Shown one piece after another: positions 14,050 to 28,199 of a DNA stretch of 64,000 nt. The position numbers and the translations under genes were made by a program. Source of the stretch: Fimbriosthenelais zetlandica (taxonomy: Eukaryota); the NCBI GenBank assembly GCA_977030845.1, contig OZ365114.1, positions 14,942,001 to 15,006,000 of the forward strand, read 5' to 3'. Below the pieces are notes generated by a model. The model saw only the letters and a list, made by a program, of their open reading frames with translations, had not been told where the DNA came from and searched no databases. Numbering within the stretch: position 1 is the stretch's first letter; the number at the start of each line of letters is the position of its first letter.

Positions 14050-15290
14050 TCGACTTTTAAATAATTGATTGTACCAAGGAAAAGCAGGTCAATGAGGCAA
14101 TAACAGGATAATGTGCACCTGCTCCAGGTGTGAGCAGATGATTCAGACGGCTGTATGGGGATTAGGTGTTAGTATTTGTTGTGAGAGATTAACAGATTAT
14201 CCCTTCTGAGTGTTCTACCCTTGTGTACGGACCCATATCCTACTCCATCCTAACAGTAGAGCTCTGCGCTGATAATCCCTATGGAGGGATCTCCACTATA
14301 GGTTTAAGACACCCTCAGGAGCGAGATTGATTAATTGAGTCAAGAAATAGGCAAGATGACCCCAGTGGAAGCTTCATTTTTCAAAGCCCATGCACCTTTT
14401 GTTTAAACCATGAAGGTCGACCAACAAAACATCCTTTTTCTTGAAAGTTATGGACCTTAAAGTTCACTTTACTGTGAAAGGAAATTGCTTAATTTACCAA
14501 TCAAAGGAAGTTATTCACTTTGGGTAACGATGTGTTGTAGCTCAATTACCCTGATGGTCTAAGCCATTTCCCCGGATGAGAAACGAGCATCCTGAATGGG
14601 CTTTCCTCAATCTGCTTAAGATTCAACTGCTGTTGATGGATTTCTGAAGGGCCAGCTTGGTTGAACAATATAAGCCATCGGAGCAGCTGATCACTTTACT
14701 GCCTTGTTTCTCTCTGAAGCTCACTACATCGCTGGGAAGACTCGGGGAGACATTAAGGAAGTTCTTCCGCCCCTGTTGCCCTGAAAGAAGTGGTGTGAGA
14801 AGTATACACAAGTGTGTGATGAGCCGGGTCTGAATTAAATGGGATCCGGAGACGAGCTCTAATTTTCAGAGCTGCACTTGGTGTACGACAGAGTTGTGGG
14901 CCTGTGTTCTCCTCCAATGGTTTCTTAGTGAAGACTGGGCATCTGGTGCCTTTCCGTGAGTGGCATATGAAGGGCTAGGCTTATCAGGTGATATTTCAGT
15001 GGCAACCAGGCATGATCAGTGCATGGGGTAGGGTCTTCACTCCAATAGGTAGGCTAACCATCTTGAAGGAGTATGGGACGTGACCAAAATCTTGGAGGAG
15101 CGCACTGTGCTCTGACCGCGGACATGGAATAGTCTGAAGGACCCCAGTAAAGGGGAGCTTGTGTGCATAGACCTCCTTGTCTTCATTCTGGTGAACTTCT
15201 CTTTGCCCTCCAGCTGCTTGCACCCCACTCTATCCTCAGGTACACGCCTGCAGGGGAAGGGTCGACAGAAACCAGGAACCACATACAGTT
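14050..15290 (-). mobile_element. DIRS1-group tyrosine-recombinase retrotransposon fossil (RT and downstream conserved domain)
   Basis: TRMKTRRSM..LFHV resembles FRMETLRSI..YFHV; YSFKMVSLPIG resembles YQF..LPFG; ILLLPH*PAFPWYNQL (~14060-14120) resembles LIAP.WP.Q.W+P.L. No recombinase ORF recognised. Confidence 0.55.
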
Positions 15291-16199
15291 CATGGCTAGG
15301 CCCTCAAGCCCAGTGACAAATTAACGAGTGCGACGAGGTGATTAATCGCCCAGGGATAGGTTACTTTATGGGGAAAGGCAAGGCAAGGCCACATACATAG
15401 TACATGGGGAAGGCTAGCTGATAGCTATGACATACAGGTTGTACTTGCAGCATCAGAAGACTGTGTGTGGCTTCTATCTATACCAGTGACTCTACCTACC
15501 ATCCTCAACCACCACCACCCCCACCACAGGAAGGAAGCTCTAAAATCTGTGCCCATCTCGGGAACCACGTGCAAGAGAACCGAGTGTTGGTTGATACTCT
15601 AAGGAAAGGGGTGAAGGACTAAACAGAGGATTGTTGAGGTGGAGACCGAGTAACAAGGACGCTGGCAGACAGCATCTGAGACCAAAGCTCCTTTGGACAT
15701 CCTTGCGACAAAAGGTTTTTGCCCTAAAGGAGTAACCATAACCATCAATGATTCATCTCAAGTAGGGTCACAGCTGTACCCCCTGCCGTCCTGCCACTCA
15801 TAGTTCATCACCCCTTTGGGTCACTTGCCAAAGGTTTTGACAGCTAAATCCAAGCTCTGGCTTTAACTAAGAGAACCCCCGAGAAAATATGAGCAGAAGA
15901 AGAGCCTCCCCTACCGGTAGAAGAGTTCATTACAAGTGATTTGTGTCTGCAATTAATACGTAGAGCTAGTAACTCATGCAACCTACTTACTGAACACCTT
16001 CTTCCCTATCTATCTTAAAATATCCCAACATAGATCTGGGACTTAAATCTTCTTTGTTGTCTTACACAAAACTGTTTTATCCTCAACTGAAATAACTTAT
16101 CACCGAAACTGCAGCTGAGAGAAATTAACCCCTAGAGATAAGGAGCTGCTTTGAATTTGTCTCCTGTAACCACAACAGGAGAATTCAAACAATTTCCTA

Positions 16200-19100
16200 A
16201 AAGGAGGGATTATATTTTCTCAGCATCATTTTCTTCCTTGAGAGCGGATCTCATCTAATGGCTATAATTCCCCGGGAGTAACGTCAGCTTGGGCCACCAA
16301 TTCTCCAATCCCCTTTTCGATCCATCAAAAGGACCTTTGTGGTGTATAAGGGAGCAATCGATTTTCTAACCACATTGTGAGAAATAGTTTCCATGCAGGG
16401 ACTATTCACATAGCTCTCTATGTCAGAGTAGAGTCACAACATATAAACCAGATGGAACCGGCAGGGGATATAGTTGTTTGATCGTGTCGCGTATGCTGTC
16501 CATCTGTAAATACCACTGGAGCCCATTACCTCTGATGGCCTATAGGGCCTTGGAGGTCAATATCAATTGGAACTGCAGGATATCTCTCTACATAAATCTG
16601 TCCATCAATCTGCCATGAAACTTGGATTACCCTACATTAGGACCAGCCTACTATACTTGGCAATTGTCAGGCTGATCCCATGAGTGGTTAAGGCATCCAA
16701 AAAGGTGCTAATGATGTGTTTATCATAATAGCACTTTAACATCTATTTTTCAGTTGTTTTTTTGTGATGTCGTTTGTCATATGTGCTTCTTTGTCCTGCG
16801 CTATTTTTGGTTTAGGTGTTTTGTTTCACTGACCTGTCCAAAAGGACAGAACTTCCTTGAAGGGCATTTGACAAAGGTTGTTCTCCTTTATCTATTATTC
16901 TAGTGTGTTTTCTGAGAGGTTTATTCATTTATCTTTGTTAGTCAGAAAGGTCATCCTATTGGGCAAATCTATTGGATGATGCCTCTACATAAATCATGTT
17001 TCTCAGACATTCTTTTCTGAGTTTACCAACCTCGACTGTGGTGATTATGGAACCACACATTTCCATCCATCATACGGGCCCTCGGGCTTCACACAATCAG
17101 GGTTTCGGGTGTACGTCCCTCCCACTCTGTTTGTTATATTTCATTAGAACTCGGTAGCAAACTGTATTAGTAGGACATAACTTGGCGCAAGTCTTCTGCT
17201 TTTTCTGGCCAAGATCCTTTGATGGAGTGTTCCCTTATATAAAGTAATGTATGCTATCTTGTGGTTCGGTATTGCTAGGGAGGCATCTGCGATTAACCAA
17301 GATGATTTAGCCTGTCTCGTGTCTCGGCCAAGACGCCCGTATTTATGCCTCTTTTGTACACAATGTGGCGTCATAGCCAGCACATGAGGGCCTGCCATAC
17401 GGATAATATTGTTACACTTTGTCAGTAGTAGAGATGAAGGGGGCTTTGGTGGTAAACGTAATATTGCCTGAGTAATCATAGCCAGAATTGCATTCATTCC
17501 ACGATATCTCATATGATGACGTCATGGTTGATAAAGTGTTGATTATTAATGCTGAGAAACATGCTGTTTTATGATTTTTTTCTAATTGAAGATGCACTCC
17601 CCTGCAGATAAATTGGCCTTTTTGCTCATTTATATTTTATCATATATTTTGAGCATTTGAGGCTGCTATCCAGGAAGAACTCTTGTATAGCGAAGAAGAG
17701 TCATTCCCAAGGCAACAGGTGCCAAGAGGCAATCTGATTTTTCTCCCTTGGTTAACAGGCAGGGCTTAGGATGGTGAGCAGAGCTGGCGTGTGAAAGCTT
17801 TGCCTGTATCTAAACCTTAAAAGCCAGCCGCCCGCTCTGTAAAACACTGTATCTGACAATGTCACCATCTCCCCCCAGGGTCTAAGATCCATCTGACTGG
17901 AATATTTATAGACATATAGGTACGAGTTGGCTTTGTATTAAGCAATCTTAGGTGACTAATCAGGCTTAAAACATGCTCAGACTGAGAAATATGTGGGAGT
18001 TTCTTTTGTATTAGGATTTCCTGTCCATATCCTCACATATCAGGCGGAAAGCTTGTTCCGTGAACGAACAAGAAACTTCTATGGTTTAGTATGAATCTAT
18101 CTTCTGAATGAAAGTAAAAGGTTACAACCATAGTTGGCTATTCATACTTTAAGATATTTCGCAAAATGTTCTTCGCGTGTATCTTATATAGTAATCTGCC
18201 AATTTATATGTACAGCTACATCTAAAATGCCTCGCAATTTTCCTTGTGATTTATGGTACAGCACTCCCATGAAAAATTGAAGGATGGAGCCACGTCGATG
18301 GTCAATCATACTATGTTCTCATCCTTCTCCTTGATTCTCTGTGCAGGGACATTAGACCTGCATAAATGTAGGCTGGGAAATCCATCTGTAATTTAAAATG
18401 TTCTGTCATAAAATCTGGTCCTGTGCCCGTGTAACCACTCCAGAGCTTATGGAGGTGTTCTCCTTAACAGTGACTCATGCCAATGCTCAAAACGGCGGCC
18501 AAGATTTCTAGTGTGACAAAATAAAAGAAGCGAAGGATTTCATCCATCGTTCTGCCAGGTCTTTGCTCAAGGATGTAGCCGAGGCAGTTCACGTGGGAGA
18601 TTTATGTGAGGCGCGCAGTACGAGAAGGATTTAGGCCACGCCTTGAAGCTCAGACCAAATCGTGTTCAGAGGCTTAGATTGATTCCCCATAATACTGTAT
18701 CATATAGATCTTATAGAAATGTAGTGCCTTAACTATGGGTGTCCGGGAATTTATGGACCTCTATCGCTTTGAGTTGATGGTATACAAGAAACGTTAAGTT
18801 GAAGTAAAAATGTTTTTCCCAACTTTTCGCCAGCAGTTCTTATGCAGGACTTGTGATCTTTCACAAGTTGCGTTTCTTGGTGCTTTGGTAGACGCACAAC
18901 TATCGATCAGATACTTATTCCACACCACCATGATGAGAATGTCAATCGTTGTTGACCATTACATCAATGCCCTGCCACTTACTCAATCAATATGCCAATG
19001 AATCAAGGTCCTCTTGTAGTTATTTATGAGTCTTTAACCACCGTCAAGATCAGCACTACCTGCATTGAGTAATCACCAACAAACCAAAAAGCTGAAAATA

Positions 19101-20150
19101 GTACAGTAATCAATGATTGTTACCTTGATTTCTGGATATAATAATAGGTGATTTTGGCATTCAGATTGAACACTATACTCTTTCCCTGTGTGGAGACCAC
19201 CCTGTCAGTGATAGATACGTCTAGCTGGGAAGCCACTACAGAATATATGCTTAATTTGATGAAGAAACTTCCTCTGAATGTCAATAAACCTCGTTCGGTC
19301 GCCGGCAACCGGACGTGCCATGTATTTCCAATCGGCAACATATATACTCTTATGTTCCCCATTCAAAAAAGGAGGCTGGTGAGCAGGATCTGGTTCTCCT
19401 TTGTTTCCACCCTACAGTATAGAGACAAACAAGATAATGATTATCTCTGTATTCTCAATGACTGAGTTATAAACATCTTTCTCTATGCCGTAATTATGTA
19501 CCAGTTTTTGTTCTATTCTCGAAAGATTTACAGTTAGAACACTGGGGTTTCCATTAAAGGAAGCAGAGGTCCCTTGTTCGCTTCTGGTGCATAAAGTTCA
19601 GCTAAATAATGTAAACGATATGATTAGTTAGGCTGGTTTCATTGTAAGCAATCGGGGCTTAGAAGCGTTTCTCATTTGGTACAGAGTTTGGATTATGTTT
19701 GCAAAGACCTGCCTTTGATGAGATTATGTACCTTGTGAAGTGTCCCCACTGAAGGCGGGAGCTGGTTAGATGACTTGCTGGTTGAATGACGTTGACCCAT
19801 GTCATTGCATTATAGTCGTGGACGATGAGCGTGAACATTTTTACATGTAAGGTAGTAGCATCGTCCTACACTGGAATGTTCAGTACCTTGTTCACTAGAT
19901 GTAGATAGCAATCTGCCTGGAAAGAGACCATGTAAATACCCATTGAATGGATCTGGTCCTGCACAAAGAAAAACCCTGGCCATTTTATACTATACAAACA
20001 TGTGCCCCTCATCCAGCGTCATCATCGGAGATGATAGCAAACCCTTGTCCGGGATTGATGCATGTCAGCCGTCCCTCCCCAACATCAACGTGATTTCTCA
20101 GCAGAAAACTTGTGAGCGATATTGTGGGATAGGTAGGCCGTTAATGTCAT
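16200..20150 (-). mobile_element. Decayed non-LTR retrotransposon ORF2 (APE endonuclease - RT - RNase H)
   Basis: Collinear motifs: IVHDYNAMTW (19797-19826, cf. GDFNA..W), QMDLRPWG (~17880, cf. QxGFRPG), LDTGKAF (17793-17813), VFTDG (16499-16513), W.P....PGN (~16265-16300). Confidence 0.6.
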
Positions 20151-22064
20151 GGGTTGGTGAGGTGAAATATCGTACCAGTGTAAGGGGTACTTATGCGTCA
20201 CTTTACTTCAGCAGCCAATCACGTGCCGTTATCCATGTAGCCAAGGCTCGGGATCAGAACTAGCCTCGGTGGCCACGCCGTGAAATTCGGCCCTAATAAC
20301 TGGCCATGGGAGGGTGGATGACAAGATTATAGCGGCCCTGTCCCACAGGGAGAGGCTATAAAAATGGGCCGGGTGTCAGATTCGAGCGCTGAAAACAGGT
20401 GCCAAATGAAAAGGTCTCAGCACTTAGCGTCAGGTCTCCAACCTTGGACTCATTGCCAATTGCTATGGCCAGATAAAGATGTATGAATATTTCAAGCTAT
20501 ATTCGATTATCCACTCGCGGGCTGGAGGAAGATTGAAGCATGGGTTGGGTGACCACTATGCAAGGAGGCAGTTCTGTCTATATGTTGTCAACTGCCTTGG
20601 GCTGGGTGGGTGTATGGGCTAATGGTGTAATATTGATGCTAGAGCTTTCATGATTGAGACTTCCATTATACACGTGGGCAGGAAAGGAAAGGCATCCAAG
20701 AGATGTAAAGCTTAATGAATGTCGAGCACTACTCACGCTGTTCGGACAAGTATAGATGTTCGGGTCATTCTAATCAGTAGTGTTTGTTTCCGATTGATGT
20801 CCTTAAAATCTGAACAAAGCAGAAAATTAGGCTCCCAGCCTCAGGATGTATGGTCATGTAAAAGCAGCTGAACAATGCCTCTCCCATTTAATTTGGTAAA
20901 GTCATTCTTTAATGCCTCAGAATTTGAAGCACCAAAGCGAAAGGAAACGCTACATTAAGGAATCTACCATTAGAAGACAAAGTGAGCTCCATAGTGCTCG
21001 CCTGCTCGGGATGGTTTTATGAAAATCCAATCACTACATCGCCTGGGATGTATACTTTGAAGCTTTCTTACCACAAACCTAGAGAATTCGATTTGTTTTC
21101 CTCTGAGAAGATCCAATCACTTCCCAAAGGCTGTGGTTGAAACCATCACGGAAGTTGGGAATTATATACATCATAGATCAGTCATTCTCCTTCAGCTTTA
21201 TCAGACTTAGGAATCTTAACTTTTTTGTAAAATATGAACTTCCATTCTATAAAGACAATCTTCCTACGTTGTATTCTGATTTTACCTCTGACAATGAATG
21301 ATATCATGCGATGGCATCATTCTGACGACATTGCCCTTAGAACATATATTATAAGGACATAGCAAATAGCTCGACTTCTGTGCCCAATATCTTTATCCAT
21401 GCTATTCGTGGATTCTGTATTGGCTTAAAAACTTTCCGTTTAACCCTGACATAAATTCAGCTGAAGTTCAGCTGGGTACCGCCTCAATCCTTTTTGGAAA
21501 TCATGTTTTGAGTGTGCTTTTAATATTTCAAATTACCTCGGTTGCAACAAAAAAGGCAATTTGTAACCCCTTGGGTTGCTTTTTAATTCTGTTCTGAAGT
21601 ATTGATGCACACAAAGCCTTTAAAAGGTGCCCCCAATAGGAATAAGCCCTATAGCTTGGCCTCTCAAAGTGCCGCCTGCATGAAGCATTAAGCTGCATCT
21701 CTTAATTGAAACCCGATCAGTACAGTGGCTGCACTTCGGGCTCGTTTTGTGTTGCGTGCCTTGTTTTTGAAATGCTTTATTGGATCCAAACGGTACTTTT
21801 ACACTAAGTGAATAAGTGACTAGAGTGTCTTCAAGTAAAATATCTTTCTTCTTCGTCAACCTTTCAGCAGAAACAATAGGTGCTTGAGAAATGTATAAGG
21901 CAGGAGTTGTTAGAAGGATAATGTATAGTGCTAAATGGAATTGCTTATTTCATATCTTGTTCAGAACAAAAAGTCCTCTGTATTGTTCTCTCAATGAAGT
22001 GAACAAAAATGCAGTGAAGTAGGTTGGTTGTACGTGCCAGGAAGAAATAAGTCTGTATAGAAAG

Positions 22065-22067
<3 letters not shown>

Positions 22068-22105
<38 letters not shown>
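22068..22105. repeat. (AT)19 microsatellite
   Basis: Directly visible perfect dinucleotide run ~580 bp upstream of the start codon. Confidence 0.97.
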
Positions 22106-22108
<3 letters not shown>

Positions 22109-22680
22109 TTACTGTCTAAGTTATTTCTTTCGGTTCAGAGTAGAGGACTGGTTTATATGTTTGGTTTGCGGTTACGTTCATTTATTCATTTCATCTCTTT
22201 TTGTTTTTTGCTGTTTGTTTCATCTACATGTAGATATGTTACCATCATTAGCAGTTGTATTAGTACTTCGCAGGATGCACTTCACAGGAAAAAAGTCATT
22301 TTGTTCTGTTGGAATTTCAGAGAACCCTGCTCAGTGTATCTGGCAATTGTGTCTGTTAAAAGCAGAAATTGTGGAATATGGAAGAGTAACAGTAACCATC
22401 CATTCGTGACAAGTGTTGGTGGCAGATGTAGTAGACATTCCATTTACATCATAGCAAATCTAATATCTGGAAGTAAAACCACTGCATACTGTACCCACTC
22501 TCAAAAATTGAATTTGGGAGCTGATCGGATGTATAATATGGGGCTTAAAAAGGGATACAACAACTATCCTAGTGAAATGACACGAGGATATGATGATACC
22601 CTATGGTGTTGGGATACGTCCATATAGAGGGTGTGTGAGTGTCTGTGTCGATTCACGGCGCTTAGAGATAGGATGACAAT

Positions 22681-22834
22681 ATGGCATGTGGGAATTTCTT
22701 TGTCTTCGCTCTGACCTGCCTGACTCTAGCTACAAATGTGGATATTTGTTTCTCCGCAGAATGTGCCAAGTCATGCATTGACGAGTACTACATCAGTGCC
22801 CCGTGTGATGCTACCCATGACAAGCGCTGTAAAG
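22681..22834 (+). CDS. Exon 1: MACGNFFVFALTCLTLATNVDICFSAECAKSCIDEYYISAPCDATHDKRCK (signal peptide + half TNFR Cys repeat)
   Basis: ATG at 22681; hydrophobic core FFVFALTCLTLA; C-x3-C-x9-C-x4-D-x2-C; donor AAG|GTAAGC, phase 1. Confidence 0.75.
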
Positions 22835-23349
22835 GTAAGCACATTTACTTCTCTACATTGCTATTTTTAACTGTTACAAATGTAAGTTAAACCAAGGGTT
22901 AAGAATTGATATTTTTCAAGGCAACACATTAAGTAAATTAAGTCTCACCAAATTGTATTAAAATCATGTTGAAATCCGAGGCAGTTTTAGCCCGTACTCC
23001 ATGCAGGATATCTGAATCTCATCCTCACATTGAATTTCCGTCAAATAACATTTACAATTTCAATTACAATTAAAACTTACACCGTGTTTATTTCAACGGC
23101 TGAATCTGGATGCATTTTTAGTGGTTTTGGGAGAAAATCACTTCATGACAAAATGCAATTGCCCACAGCGTTTTAATTGATGATCGCTCAAATCAATTTT
23201 TTCCTTCCCCTCCTGAAATTGCTTTGCCCCTCTACAATTGCTATTTGCTCTCCAGGACGCAAAAAGTTTAGTGTAAAAATAGCTTTTTCGAATTCAAGCT
23301 TCAGATAACTTGTGATTGCTGAAAGATGGCTTGTGATTGACGTTGACAA

Positions 23350-23800
23350 GCATGCGTAAACACTAATTTCAATATTTATCCATCAACTGTCTAAAACCGC
23401 AGTGATTTGCTTTTTCCCTCCTCCTCGAAAGCTTTTCTAATTTGCATTTAAATGTGTTTGCTCTAATCAAAGCAGATTGCAAGTCTGATGTGGTGGCACT
23501 TCTCAAAATCCCACTGAATTGTTGTTTTAATCGAGGATCCAAACCATCAAAGACCAAATCTGCAAGATTTTTTTGTACCATTCTTTGACTGAAATTTGTT
23601 CATTTTATTGTCAAACAATTGTGAATATTTCGAGTCAGATCAGTACACGGTGGCCTTTCCTTGCCATGGCTAATATCGATAAAGTGTCTGCGAATTAAAA
23701 TTCTCTGAAAGCCTGTTTGGATTTACAATTTGCATTACATCGCTAATCCTCCTGAATTACTGGCGTAAAGCAGGGAACGAGATGAAGTTTCGCTAATGAG
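23350..23800 (-). mobile_element. Gypsy-type Gag (capsid C-terminal) fragment
   Basis: LVFDGLDPRLKQQF..DLQSALIRA matches the Gag pattern F..GL...L+.....L..A+..A; stops upstream. Confidence 0.45.
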
Positions 23801-24499
23801 AAAAAAATCGTGTTCACACTAATAGTCATGTTTCTCCTCTCCAGTCTACACATGCAAAACTAAATTCAAGCTGAATAGAATTAAAATCAAGGGGAAAATT
23901 GAGTTACCTGAAGTGAGTATTAAACGAGTGTTGAATTCCATTAAAGAAGTATTGGTTTCGGGCTTGAATACTGGAAGGAAAATCAATATTCCGACATTGA
24001 ATTTAAAGTCACGAAAGTGTGAATAATGTATTTGTCAAATAGGAGCAACCGAAGACGGCCTTTTTCAAGTAAATGTATGCCCCTAGTACATGCAAACAAT
24101 CTCTTGTGGCATGCAAGTGGCATAGAGGTCTTTCTCGACAACGGGATTATCTATACAAAGGATATTTCTCATATTTAGCTTTGCTGCTTTAACTGAGCTA
24201 AATTATTCACTTTGGAGCGTACATAGCCTAACCTACACTAATGATTGTGTCTATGAAGCTATGAAGTTTCATTTCAGTTACCAAAGTTCAAGTATTTTAT
24301 ATCCCTCACCTAAATTCAATATCAGAGAATGTACATTGTATAAGGCCTTGTATCATAACCTCTCATAGCCTTTTGTCTTATCATTGCGATATTATGACTG
24401 AGGGGAAAATATTTCAGAATTTGACAACTGACAACAAGCCACGCTACTAATAACTGCTAGGCTACATTGGGATTCCATAAAACTGTGAGGAACTGGATC

Positions 24500-25600
24500 T
24501 CATTCCGTAAGGTTGCAGTGGATGGCTTCATGAAGTATTTCTCTATCTCGTGTTTCAGCTCCTTTTTACACACACAATGACACCAGTCCTGACAAATCCT
24601 ACGTCAGAGTGTCCTCTGCCTGTTCCATATGCCTTTTTGTTGTCTTTGTAAAGGCTTTTCCTGCTTAGAGGAACTGTACCTTTCATGGTTTTGGAATAGA
24701 ACTAATTTTTGAAATAGTGAACGACCTTCCAGAGGGATTCTCAATACTGGAACAATGTCTTCCAATAACCAGACTCCAATACTTGTATGTAGATGATTTA
24801 TGGAATGATTCGCCAGTATTTGATGAAGTTCGCTATCTTAAATTCTTCGCACGATAATCGCCATTTTGTTTCTTTGACGTCGGTTTAAATGAGCCCAGGA
24901 AGACTGTATAGGGGGTCTCAGAGTAGACGTATATATAATACACATTGCTCCGTGGTCAGTTTCTTGCCCCGCTGTCGGGTCTGACCCTCAAGGGCCTACA
25001 GTGATTGTCTTGCCTCTTGCTAATCCATACATCACCACTCAACAGAGCAGAAATCCCAATCCTCTCAGCTGTTTTCTTGGTGGGGCCCATCTTATCAGAT
25101 ACCATTCCTTTACACCACCCTTGGCTCCTATTTACTTCAATGTTGGACCCGGCTGACATTTGCTATCACACTATATGTGATTTGTGGGAGGAATAACACT
25201 CCCCATAAAAAGGTTAGCGAGCGCTGTGAAGGTTCTTTTATACCAAAAAGCAGGCAAATCCATTCAACTGGAGACCTCCTCTTTCCTTCCACCTTCCAAC
25301 GTTGTCTCTCTAGAATTCAAGAGTCTCATTCAACATGAATATTAACTAAACGTTATTTTGAAGGTTGAACGACCGTATTTAACTTTTTACAAGTCATCAA
25401 TACGGGAAATTGTGCTCTTTGAAATCTTGTCATTTCCGATCGCATGTTTTCTGGCCCTCATCAGCAATTTATTGTCGGCCCCCTCTTGTTACTAAACACC
25501 CATCTGATATTGCAATTGGCGGCAGTTCAGATGACTGAATTACCTGATCATGGGCCTCCATTTACAGCTATTCAGGTTACCTTGATTGATGAGGAGGGCC
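24500..25600 (-). mobile_element. Gypsy RT-RNase H fossil
   Basis: ISRIDDL (25390-25410), LNSRETT, KRTFTAL, RKQLRGLGFLL, GSDP, PLYSL..CEEFK in canonical order. Confidence 0.68.
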
Positions 25601-27100
25601 TGCATTAGGCTAACTTTGATCAGAGAAGGCCGTAATGATTATGAGACAAGGGCACGCCTTTTGATCAAAAGTGAAAGCCCGGCCATCAGCCTGCATGGAT
25701 GATCATAGCTACCCTCAGTCGAAGGCTGCTATAACTTGTGGTAGTAGATTGCCTTCATCGTTCCCTAACCACTAATGTGGCTAGTGTATAGACGCGCTGC
25801 TGCAGCCGTCCCATACCAGAGGAGAAGCCAAAAAATGCTTTTTGACCTGACAAGCTGGTTGGGTTGTGGCGCTTGTGTCATTTGATGGAAGACCTGAGTG
25901 TATTAATGTTAAGATTCATTTCCGTGAATCTTCTCATCTTTCCTCACTTTTTGCCACCCCCGCATGGATGTTCACCTCTATTTCCATTATTTGTCGGGCG
26001 TATGTCAGCTTCTATAGGCAGGTTTTAGTGTTCTTGTGACTACATCGCATGACCTTTCCTGCTGAGCAGGTGACATCAATAGTTTTGTATCTAATGGGGT
26101 GCATGTCCCTCACACCTCAATCAGTTTCCTCCTATCATGGTTCTCCTATATACTAGGGCTCTTCTCATATGAATGAGGAAAGCTCTCCAGTATTTAATGT
26201 AAAACCCAATGGCAGACTTGACATCGAAACGTCTGCCAAATTGTCAATAACAACGTGCCAGTGACATTGCAGAGTCAATTTCAGCCCTCAGAGTTGAATG
26301 TCTAGTTAGGAACATACAGAACAGCTGGCTTCTGTCCCATCGTCTATTTAATATTGGTTATTAAGGCACTCGGCATTCTTCAGCAATGACAGTTCCTCAT
26401 AATATCTATGTATAAGCTGAGCAAAGGAATGTGCGATGGTAGGGGTTGAGCCATTACCATGTCAAAAACTTTCAGCGAGAACATTTCATGCAGGCAAACA
26501 AAAAGAGTTTTCAGCAGCTACATATTTGTATAACTATTTCATGACACAAAGACTGAAATTCATGGCTAAGATTTATTAGTTGTGTTAGACAAAAGAGAAA
26601 GTTGACTTTGTTTACGGTTTGTAATCAGAGTCACCAATCCATGAACATTATCACACCTCCTTCTCTCTTGCTTAGAGACAAACCTTCAATCAAGCCATGC
26701 AAATAGTAATTAGGTCGAGCTGATGTTCACGTCATTGTGACTAATTGGGTTCCCATTAATTGGACATTTTAATTAGAATACACTACTGAAAAGCAGAATC
26801 TGATTGGTGACGGGTTTAGGGGGTAAATAATGAAATTTCCAGTAATTAGAAGAGCAGAGATGTGTCTTGGATAAGATGAGATGAGAGGGATGAAGACAGA
26901 TGAATTGTATTACTCAAGCAGTGCGTGAATCAAGGCCTGGGTGTTTTTGAGAAATAATCGCTCAATGAAAAGGAGGGAAAAAAGGAATGTAATTTACTTT
27001 AATTTAATAATGCCCACCAGGGTGGGGTTGGCACGTCCAGACCCATGGACACCTGGATCAGTCATTGATGAATCCATTTCTACTATTGTTTCAATCGCGT

Positions 27101-27195
27101 GCTCTCTCTCTATCTCTCCATCTCTCTTCCTCTCCCTGTCTCTCGATTGCCCTCTTGCTTCCTCGCCCCCTCTTTCTCTCACTTTCTCTCTCCCT
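27101..27195. repeat. CT-rich low-complexity tract
   Basis: Imperfect (CT)n / polypyrimidine run, directly visible. Confidence 0.85.
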
Positions 27196-28199
27196 ATCGA
27201 TTGCAAATTCATTTAAATCATGAAGATTTTGGCCACACCAGATAACTAATAAGCCGTGTGGAATTGCACAGATTACATTTTATAATCTTCAATTTCAAGG
27301 CCTTTAATTGATCATTATATCAGGGGAGGCATTCCTTTTTTCCTCTTCTTGAAAGATTTCGAAATCCTATATTTGATCCATCTGAAAAACACAATTCATA
27401 ATACTTCCGTTACAAAACATCACCTGCATGCTGGGAGGATATATAGTGAACGAAATTCGCTCCACTTTTTCATATGGAAATTACCTTTTTGTTTTAATTA
27501 TGGTTTCTTAATTAATTGTCGAGATTGAAAAGAAGAGATGTTAATAGCTTTCCATGATGGCTGATGAGTTCGTTATTGTGTCATTCCCTGGGGACTCGGT
27601 CTGTCTGTAGCGAGATAAGTCTGAGCTGAAAGTTTCTTCATAAGAGCTGTTTGATGCCCGAGGGATGCTTCTCTTTATCTTAGAACCACCAAGAGTTGTT
27701 CCCAGCAGAAAACCGCTGGGAGAGCTTTTTCTGACCAGTATGTCTAGTCATCATCAATACCAATTAAAACGGAGAATATAGCTGTTAGGATTATTGCAGA
27801 GGGGATCCTATAACCATGGCCAAGGATTTGTTCCTTTGTGGCCGGGTGGTTGGAGTAACCTTTTTTTCCTCATGCAGAAGAGAACAGGCAATGATGGGAT
27901 TATATTGAACCGAATCATTAAATTAAAGAGTATTATTTTGCCCTGCAGCAACACTTACGTAAATTATAAGAACAGAAACAATATTGAGTCAGAATAGCTT
28001 GGTACATCGCAATGGTCTTGGTTGGCAATGGAGTAAAATACAAATCCAATAATGATATTAATGCAAAATTCTATAGAGTCATTTGCCTTCCCGGAAAACA
28101 ATTCATCACAGAATAGCTAGACCTTATACATCTAAGCTTGATGACCTAGGACCTTCATATGGAAATGGCAAACCTGACCATTTTGACCTGGATTGACCT

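Noticed and set aside
20262-20480. GC-richer segment with TATAAAA that looks like a SINE or MITE
   Set aside because: No A/B boxes, TIRs, TSD or second copy could be identified in the window.
20900-21460. Possible minus-strand Gypsy RH/integrase remnant (LWEVIG)
   Set aside because: Only one weak motif; not enough to call.
25620-25900. Tyrosine recombinase remnant (SSLRLRVA, cf. HSLRIGAA)
   Set aside because: The catalytic H-x-x-R and downstream W/Y motifs are not convincingly present.
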